Notes under the pieces: generated by a model
Databases searched by the model: none
What the model saw: the letters and a program-made list of their open reading frames with translations, nothing else
Told to the model about the DNA's origin: nothing
Source of the DNA: Candidatus Fermentibacterota bacterium
GTDB lineage: Bacteria; JAFGKV01
DNA length: 64,000 bases
Assembly (NCBI GenBank): GCA_016928395.1
Contig: JAFGKV010000186.1
Location: forward strand, 599-64,598
Reading direction: 5' to 3'
Shown here: piece by piece, positions 57,475 through 64,000 of the stretch
Position numbering within the stretch: position 1 is the stretch's first letter
How the letters are laid out: the number at the start of each line of letters is the position of its first letter
Translations under genes and position numbers: made by a program

Positions 57475-58101
57475 GTGTTCACCGGACTGATCGAAACAAT
57501 GGGAACACTACTGTCGTGGCAGACGCGGGGGCGCGTCGTGCGCCTGGGGATACGGACGCCGTTGGCCCGAGATCTCGCCATCGGCAGCAGCATTGCCATC
57601 GACGGCGTCTGCCAGACCGTGGTGCACACGGCCGGCGACACCTTCGACGTCGAGGCAACCGGAGAGACTCTCAAGCGAACGACCCTCGCGAGTTGGAGGG
57701 GGCCACGGGCGGTGAATCTGGAGCGGCCACTGCGGGCCGATGGCCGGCTGGACGGTCATCTGGTAACGGGTCACGTGGACGGAATCGTACGCCTTATGGA
57801 CCGCCGGATGGAATCCGCGGGAGTCTGGTGTGTCTTTTCCCAATGCCCGGATCTCAGGAGGTATGTCGCCCCTCAGGGCAGCGTGGCCCTGGACGGTGTC
57901 AGTCTCACCGTCGCGACCGCCTCCGAAGGCTCCTTCTCGGTCTCTTTGATTCCCCACACGCTCGGGCAGAGCACCCTTGGCGCGAGGCGGCCCGGTGACT
58001 ACCTTAATCTGGAGGTAGATCTCGTGGCGCGGTACGTGGAACGGCTGATAGCCCGGGCCTCCGGCCTGGGCAGTCAGGAGGGCATGAATGAGTGGTTTTA
58101 G
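57475..58101 (+). CDS. ribE: Riboflavin synthase (alpha)
   Basis: [39 protein letters not shown]. Confidence 0.95.
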   Translation: MFTGLIETMGTLLSWQTRGRVVRLGIRTPLARDLAIGSSIAIDGVCQTVVHTAGDTFDVEATGETLKRTTLASWRGPRAVNLERPLRADGRLDGHLVTGHVDGIVRLMDRRMESAGVWCVFSQCPDLRRYVAPQGSVALDGVSLTVATASEGSFSVSLIPHTLGQSTLGARRPGDYLNLEVDLVARYVERLIARASGLGSQEGMNEWF

Positions 58102-59380
58102 CACGGTCGAAGAAGCATTGGATGCCCTGCGCACCGGCCGAATGGTCGTTGTGGTGGACGATGAGCGCCGGGAGAACGAGGGTGACTTGGTCATGGCCGG
58201 GGAGAAGATCAGGCCGGAAGACGTCAACTTCCTGTCCAAGGAGGCCCGGGGCCTTGTCTGCGTCGCGCTGACGGAGGATCGCGCGAGGGCGCTGAACCTC
58301 TCACCCATGGTTGACCGCAATACCGCGCCTTTTGGCACGGCCTTCACCGTCAGCGTTGACTATGTCAAAGGCACGTCCACGGGGATTTCCGCCTTTGACC
58401 GGGCTGCGACCATTCGCGCACTGGCCGACCCTGCTACTCCTGCCGAGGATCTGGCTCGTCCCGGGCATATCTTCCCTCTGGTGGCGCGTCAGGGCGGTGT
58501 GATCCGCCGAGCAGGCCACACCGAGGCTGCGGTGGACCTGGCCCGATTGGCCGGCCTCAGCCCGGTGGGGGTTTTGTGCGAGATCATGGACGATGATGGC
58601 CATATGGCCCGCCTCCCCCGCCTTGAATCCTTCGCCCGAGACCATGACCTCAGGCTCCTGACCATTGAGGAACTCATCCGCTACCGTCGAGCCCGGGAGA
58701 ATCTGGTGACCAAGCTCTTGGAGATTGATCTGCCCACCCGCCACGGCAACTTCCGGCTGCACCTGTACGAGAGCATCTACGAGGGCGACCATCACATGGC
58801 GTTGGTGCGGGGCGAAGTCCGGGGACAGGAACGCATACTGGTGCGTGTACACTCCCAGTGCCTTACCGGCGACGTGTTCGGCTCGCTTCGTTGCGACTGC
58901 GGCCCTCAACTCGATCACGCCATGCGGCTCATCTCCAAAGAGGGACTGGGCGTCGTGCTGTACATGCGGCAGGAAGGAAGAAGCATCGGCCTGGTCAACA
59001 AACTGAAGGCCTACCGTCTCCAGGAGCAGGGGCTTGACACTGTGGAGGCGAATCTTTCCCTGGGCTTCAAGGCGGACCTCCGGGACTACGGGATCGGCGC
59101 CCAGATCCTGGCCGACCTCGGCCTCTCGACCATCAGGCTTATCACCAACAACCCCCGCAAGGTCGTGGGGTTGGAGGGCCATGGGCTGGAGGTCGTGGAG
59201 CGCGTGCCGCTGGAGGTGCGGCCCAACCCGATAAATGAGCAATACTTGGCCGCCAAGCGGTCCAAACTCGGCCACCTATTCGGACTGGGTCCTTCGCTGG
59301 ATGCCGATGCGCCGGAGGACGTCATCAGCGAGTGCATGCGCGACGAACGCAGCCCATGGCATCGAAAGGAGACACCATGA
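58088..59380 (+). CDS. ribBA: Bifunctional DHBP synthase / GTP cyclohydrolase II
   Basis: [38 protein letters not shown]. Confidence 0.96.
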   Translation: MSGFSTVEEALDALRTGRMVVVVDDERRENEGDLVMAGEKIRPEDVNFLSKEARGLVCVALTEDRARALNLSPMVDRNTAPFGTAFTVSVDYVKGTSTGISAFDRAATIRALADPATPAEDLARPGHIFPLVARQGGVIRRAGHTEAAVDLARLAGLSPVGVLCEIMDDDGHMARLPRLESFARDHDLRLLTIEELIRYRRARENLVTKLLEIDLPTRHGNFRLHLYESIYEGDHHMALVRGEVRGQERILVRVHSQCLTGDVFGSLRCDCGPQLDHAMRLISKEGLGVVLYMRQEGRSIGLVNKLKAYRLQEQGLDTVEANLSLGFKADLRDYGIGAQILADLGLSTIRLITNNPRKVVGLEGHGLEVVERVPLEVRPNPINEQYLAAKRSKLGHLFGLGPSLDADAPEDVISECMRDERSPWHRKETP

Positions 59381-59853
59381 CGGAACTCCACGGCCACCTG
59401 GATGCGACCGGGCTTTCTCTGGCCATCGTGGTGAGCAGATTCAATGACTTCATTACCAAGCGCCTGCTCGAGGGCGCGCAGGATTGCTGGGTACGGCATG
59501 GGGGAGACGATTCGGCCGTCACCGTGGCCTGGGTGCCGGGTGCCTTCGAACTGCCTCTTGCAGCCAAGCCCCTGGCTGCATCGGGAGCGTACGACGCCGT
59601 CGTGTGCCTCGGGGCCGTGATCCGGGGCAGCACGCCTCACTTCGATTTCGTTGCCGCCGAGGCCTCCAAAGGAATCGCCAAGGTCGCGTTGGATGCGCCG
59701 TGCCCGGTGATCTACGGCGTGCTGACCACCGACACCGTGGAGCAGGCCATCGAACGGGCGGGTACCAAGTCGGGCAATCGGGGATGGCATGCCGCCCTGG
59801 CCGCCATCGAGATGGCTCGTCTCCACCGGCAGATCGAGTCGGCCCGGCGGTAG
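59377..59853 (+). CDS. ribH: 6,7-dimethyl-8-ribityllumazine synthase
   Basis: [37 protein letters not shown]. Confidence 0.96.
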   Translation: MTELHGHLDATGLSLAIVVSRFNDFITKRLLEGAQDCWVRHGGDDSAVTVAWVPGAFELPLAAKPLAASGAYDAVVCLGAVIRGSTPHFDFVAAEASKGIAKVALDAPCPVIYGVLTTDTVEQAIERAGTKSGNRGWHAALAAIEMARLHRQIESARR

Positions 59854-59859
59854 TCATCG

Positions 59860-60294
59860 ATGACCGGTACACGGCATCGGATGAGAAAGGCCCTCCTGCA
59901 GGCCGTCTACGCGTGGCTCCTTGAGACTGACGCGCCTGATGAGGTTCTCGACACCGCTCTGAACGAGCATGCCGTGCAGCCGGATGACCGGGAGTATGCC
60001 CACAGACTGCTGACCGAGATCATCGCCCACCGCGCGGAGGCTGATTCGCTGCTGGCCCGTGTGCTGGAGCATTGGTCGCTGGACCGGCTAGGCCAGGTCG
60101 AGGCCGCAGTGTGCTACCTGGCTCTCCACGAACTGAGGGCCGGTGAGATCCCGACTGAGGTCATCCTTGACGAAGCCGTTCGCTTGGGAAAGGAGTATGC
60201 GGGGGAGGAGTCTGCCCATTTTGTGAATGGCTTGCTGGATGCCGCCGCCGGTATTGTCCGGCCGGATGCGGCATCTCTTGAGGAGTCTCCGTGA
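59860..60294 (+). CDS. nusB: Transcription antitermination factor NusB
   Basis: RKALLQAVY, WSLDRL, ILDEAVRLGKEY, FVNGLLD. Confidence 0.93.
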   Translation: MTGTRHRMRKALLQAVYAWLLETDAPDEVLDTALNEHAVQPDDREYAHRLLTEIIAHRAEADSLLARVLEHWSLDRLGQVEAAVCYLALHELRAGEIPTEVILDEAVRLGKEYAGEESAHFVNGLLDAAAGIVRPDAASLEESP

Positions 60295-61019
60295 CCACGG
60301 CGGTGCTTTCGGATGTCCATGGCAATCTTGAGGCCCTGGACGCGGTGCTGGCCGAGATCGCCAGCCTCGACATTGAACGGCTTCTGGTATGCGGTGATGT
60401 TGTCGGATACGGAGCCAATCCCACCGAGTGCCTTGACCGACTCCTGGATCGTCACCCCGTCATGGTGGCCGGCAATCACGACTGGGCCGCCGTGGGCAAG
60501 CTGCCCACCGAGTCATTCAGCGATGATGCGGCGGCGGCAGTGCTGTGGACATCGAGCCGGTTGGATGAGCCTCACCGGCAGGCGTTGCGCACACTTCCTC
60601 TGGAGTATAGAGATGAGATCCTGCTGGCGGTGCACTCCTCCCCGTGCGCCCCATCGGAGTGGTCGTACCTGGTGGAGATCGACGACGTCCGCCGGGCCAT
60701 CGAGACGTCCGACCGGCCATTGTGCTTCGTTGGCCACAGCCATGTCCCCTTCGTGTATGGGCGGGGCGAAGGGCAGGAAGTATTCGACCGTCGGCCGGGG
60801 CGCTACCCTCTACGGCCCGGCTGGCGCTACCTTGTCAATGTGGGCAGCGTGGGTCAACCCCGCGACGGAGATCCCCGCGCCAGCTTTGCTTTGCTGCACG
60901 GGGAGAGCAAGACGGTAGAACTGGTGAGGACACCCTACGATATACGTGCGGCCCAGGAGAAGATCCACGCCGCGGCCCTCCCTGAGTTCTTGGCGTGGCG
61001 GCTGCGCTGGGGGTTCTGA
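60291..61019 (+). CDS. Metallophosphoesterase family protein
   Basis: SDVHGN, GDVVGYG, GNHD, GHSH, NVGSVGQPRDGD. Confidence 0.9.
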   Translation: MTTAVLSDVHGNLEALDAVLAEIASLDIERLLVCGDVVGYGANPTECLDRLLDRHPVMVAGNHDWAAVGKLPTESFSDDAAAAVLWTSSRLDEPHRQALRTLPLEYRDEILLAVHSSPCAPSEWSYLVEIDDVRRAIETSDRPLCFVGHSHVPFVYGRGEGQEVFDRRPGRYPLRPGWRYLVNVGSVGQPRDGDPRASFALLHGESKTVELVRTPYDIRAAQEKIHAAALPEFLAWRLRWGF

Positions 61020-61813
61020 TGGGTAGTTCAGGGGCGACCGAGGCATGCGGCTCTGCCCATGATGAGCCCTGGCAGGCATTCTGGGGGCAAAGACAGGCCT
61101 CACCCCACGACGTCTACCCCAACTCACCCCGAATTCCGATGCGTCTACTGTCCGGCGAAGGAGGCGACCCCGTTTTGGAAGTTGGCTGCGGCAGCGCGAG
61201 GGACAGCGTCCGATTGGCTCAGGCAGGGCGGCAGGTGGTCGTACTCGACCGAGCTCCCAACGCCTTGGCCATTGCCAGAACCTTTGCCCGGGAGGCCGGA
61301 GTCAGACTGTGCCTCGTGCGCGGTGATGCCCGGCAACTTCCATTTAGAGCCGGCGCATTCGGCACGCTGTTCCATCAGGGGGTGCTGGAGCATTTTCGCG
61401 ACCCACTGCCCCTGCTCAGGGAGAACCACCGGGTGCTCCGGGCAGGGGGAACGCTGCTGGTGGATGTTCCCCAGACGCTGCACCCATGGACTCTCCTCAA
61501 GCACATCCTCATTCCCCTCGGCCTGTGGTTCGGCGGGTGGGAAACTCAGTTCACCCCCGGGCGAATCCGATGCGTGGTGTCGCAGGCGGGGTTCACGGTC
61601 CGCCACATATATGGAGAGTGGATGGATCCCTCCTTAGTTTACCGACTCATTCGTGAGCTGGGACGCAGAACGGGCCTATGGCGCCTCCCGCTCTACCCGC
61701 GGGGAGTCCGGCCTGTCGTCCTGGCCCGTACTGTGGACCGCATGCTCCTGAAGGGCGCGGCGGAGCTGCACACCGGGTACGTTGTCGGAGCCGTGGCCGT
61801 GAGGATGCCATGA
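61019..61813 (+). CDS. Class I SAM-dependent methyltransferase
   Basis: VLEVGCGSA, GDARQLPF, GVLEHF, RVLRAGG. Confidence 0.87.
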   Translation: MGSSGATEACGSAHDEPWQAFWGQRQASPHDVYPNSPRIPMRLLSGEGGDPVLEVGCGSARDSVRLAQAGRQVVVLDRAPNALAIARTFAREAGVRLCLVRGDARQLPFRAGAFGTLFHQGVLEHFRDPLPLLRENHRVLRAGGTLLVDVPQTLHPWTLLKHILIPLGLWFGGWETQFTPGRIRCVVSQAGFTVRHIYGEWMDPSLVYRLIRELGRRTGLWRLPLYPRGVRPVVLARTVDRMLLKGAAELHTGYVVGAVAVRMP

Positions 61814-62919
61814 ACATCTTGGTGGTGAATTGGCGGGGAATCCGGAGCCCGCAGGCTGGTGGGGCGGAAGTACACGTCCACGAGATCTTCCGGCGACTCG
61901 CGGCATGGGGGCATTCCGTGACGCTTCTGTGCAGCAGGCCGCCTGGGTTTTCCGCCGAGGAGACGGTGGACGGAATACGTACCCTGCGGTATGGCAACTG
62001 GATGAACTTCAATATGGCTGCCGCGGTCTACTACCTGAGGCATCTTCGGCGCGAGCCCTTTGACGTCATTGTCGACGACATAAACAAGATACCCTTCTAC
62101 ACGCCGCTCTACGCCCGCCATCCCGTACTCGTGCTGGTTCCGCATCTGTTTGGCACCACGGTGTTTGCCGAGGCAGCATTTCCGTTGGCGGCCTATGTCT
62201 ACCTGTGGGAGCGGGCCGTGCCGCTGGTATACCGCCGAACTCCTGCCGTGGCCATCTCGGAGAGCACAAAGCACGATCTTGTCAAGCGAGGCTTGGATCC
62301 CGGGCACATCAACGTGGTGTACTGTGGAGTGGACCGTGCCGTGTATCGGCCCCCTCATGACGGGGAACGACTCCCGGTCTTCGCCTATGTCGGACGGCTC
62401 AAACGGTACAAGAGCCTGGATGTGCTTCTGGCCGCCGCGGCGCTGCTTCGACCCTCGCACCCCGGGGTTCGTGTCGTCATTGCGGGTGCCGGGGACGATC
62501 TTTCCCGCCTCCGAAGGAGGGCCCGAAGTCTCGGGGTGGAGGATATGGTTTCGTTCCCGGGATTTGTGCCCCCTGAGCAGAAGGTCGCCCTCATGCAGAC
62601 GGCCATGGCGCTGGTGGTTCCTTCGCCTAAGGAGGGGTGGGGCCTTACCGCCATGGAGGCCCATGCCTGCGGCACCCCGGTTCTGGCCAGCAAGAGCCCG
62701 GGCTTGGTGGAGTCAGTGAGGCATGATGTCAGCGGGCTCCACGTCCCCTACGGAGACGCGCGGGCACTGGCGGCGGCCATGGCCCGGCTGATCGACGAAC
62801 CCGCCTTGGCGAGCAGACTCTCACAGGGCGCCCTCGAGTGGTCGGCCCGGTTCGACTGGGATGCAACGGCACAGGAGATGCTGCAGCAACTCGAGCGTGC
62901 GGCAGGAGGATCTCAGTGA
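61810..62919 (+). CDS. GT4 family glycosyltransferase
   Basis: AGGAE, VGRLKRYK, PSPKEGWGL...EAHACG. Confidence 0.9.
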   Translation: MNILVVNWRGIRSPQAGGAEVHVHEIFRRLAAWGHSVTLLCSRPPGFSAEETVDGIRTLRYGNWMNFNMAAAVYYLRHLRREPFDVIVDDINKIPFYTPLYARHPVLVLVPHLFGTTVFAEAAFPLAAYVYLWERAVPLVYRRTPAVAISESTKHDLVKRGLDPGHINVVYCGVDRAVYRPPHDGERLPVFAYVGRLKRYKSLDVLLAAAALLRPSHPGVRVVIAGAGDDLSRLRRRARSLGVEDMVSFPGFVPPEQKVALMQTAMALVVPSPKEGWGLTAMEAHACGTPVLASKSPGLVESVRHDVSGLHVPYGDARALAAAMARLIDEPALASRLSQGALEWSARFDWDATAQEMLQQLERAAGGSQ

Positions 62920-63875
62920 AACCATTCCTGAGTGTGGTGTGCCCGGTGTACAATGAGAGGGAGAGCGTTCCTCTTCTGGTGGATGAGCTGTACCAGGTGC
63001 TACAGCGGCTCACGGCCGACCGCATCCGGGACTTCGAGATCATCTTCGTGGATGATGGCAGCACGGACGGAACGGCGGACGTGTTGGAACGGCTACGCGG
63101 AGAACGACCCCGGTTGGGCGTGATCCGTTTCCGCATCAATGTAGGCAAGTCCGCGGGCTTGGCCCGGGGGTTTCGGGCCTCGGTCGGGGATGTGGTCATC
63201 ACGCTGGACGGTGATCTCCAGGACGACCCCAGAGAAATCCCTGCCCTTTTGGACAAGCTCGACGAAGGGTATCACGTGGTTTCAGGCTGGAAGGCAGATC
63301 GGAAGGATCCTCTCTCCAAACGGGTGCCCTCACGGCTGTACAACTGGGCCACAAGAACCGCCAGCGGCTTGCCTCTTCATGACTTCAACTGCGGCCTTAA
63401 GGCATACAGGAGGGAAGTACTGGACGATATCAGGGTGTATGGCCAGCTTCACCGCTTCCTGCCCGTACTTGCCCATTGGCGGGGCTTCCGGGTAGACGAG
63501 ATACGTGTCCGGCATCGGCCACGCCGCTATGGCAGATCCAAGTTCGGCGCGTCCCGATTCGTGGCAGGGTTACTCGATTTCATGACGGTGGTGTTCTTGA
63601 TGAAGTACCGCCGCCGCCCGCTGCACCTCTTCGGCCTGATCGGGCTGGTGCTCTTTGGCATCGGGATTTTGGTCAATGTGTACCTTGCCCTCGTCTGGCT
63701 GCAGACCCACGCAATAGGTGGGCGACCACTATTGATCTTTGGCCTGCTGTCAACCATACTTGGGTTTCAGTTCGTATCCATCGGCCTGCTGGGAGAAATG
63801 ATGGTGCACCTGTTGAAGAGCGAGGATGACGCGCCCGTCGAGAGCAGTCTGGCCCCGCGGGGGGATGAGCAGTGA
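62916..63875 (+). CDS. GT2 glycosyltransferase (ArnC/DPM-like, C-terminal TM helices)
   Basis: PVYNE, VDDGSTD, LDGDLQDDP, DFNCGLKAY, HRFLP. Confidence 0.9.
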   Translation: MKPFLSVVCPVYNERESVPLLVDELYQVLQRLTADRIRDFEIIFVDDGSTDGTADVLERLRGERPRLGVIRFRINVGKSAGLARGFRASVGDVVITLDGDLQDDPREIPALLDKLDEGYHVVSGWKADRKDPLSKRVPSRLYNWATRTASGLPLHDFNCGLKAYRREVLDDIRVYGQLHRFLPVLAHWRGFRVDEIRVRHRPRRYGRSKFGASRFVAGLLDFMTVVFLMKYRRRPLHLFGLIGLVLFGIGILVNVYLALVWLQTHAIGGRPLLIFGLLSTILGFQFVSIGLLGEMMVHLLKSEDDAPVESSLAPRGDEQ

Positions 63876-64000
63876 ACTCCCTGGTCGTGATTCCCACCTA
63901 CAATGAACGGACCAATATCACCCAGTTGTTGCCGCAACTTCTGGCGTTGGATCGCCATCTGAACGTGTTGGTCGTCGACGACAATTCTCCGGACGGCACA
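63872..64000 (+). CDS. Polyprenol monophosphomannose synthase-like GT2, 5' part only
   Basis: MNSLVVIPTYNERTNI...VLVVDDNSPDGT at the window edge. Confidence 0.8.
   Translation, partial: MNSLVVIPTYNERTNITQLLPQLLALDRHLNVLVVDDNSPDGT

Noticed and set aside
1-64000. CRISPR array or cas genes
   Set aside because: No regularly spaced 25-45-bp repeats with unique spacers and no cas-like ORFs. The three ~78-bp repeats are kilobases apart.

Overview
This is a GC-rich bacterial chromosomal window. The gene set (GWxTD protein, FlgD/T9SS-like and TWGxIK C-termini, TIGH-type ArgRS) suggests an FCB-superphylum candidate lineage such as Fermentibacterota or Latescibacterota; this is inference only. Bases 1-35.9 kb hold housekeeping and envelope genes: S8 and M1 peptidases, rsfS-argS-mtnP-pfkB, lnt, suhB, a minus-strand operon (amylase, rlmN, glycosyltransferases, B12 radical SAM, GT2-PGT fusion, GWxTD), an MltD-like and a DksA-like gene, glgA, a histidine kinase and an ABC exporter. 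Bases 35.9-52.5 kb are an accessory region with no integrase or transposase. It contains small genes, at least six gene remnants, three toxin-antitoxin modules, REP-like elements and a MITE. It is punctuated by two unexplained non-coding repeat families: a TATTCY-N6-RGAATA dyad (six copies, one split by the MITE) and a ~78-bp promoter plus structured-leader module (three copies). Bases 52.5-64 kb hold tRNA-Val(CAC), a Zn-ribbon gene, rnpB with duplicated P12/P19 stems directly abutting rel, the rib operon, nusB and glycosyltransferases. The best candidate for an undescribed system is the dyad/leader architecture of the accessory region. All calls come from manual reading with no database searches.
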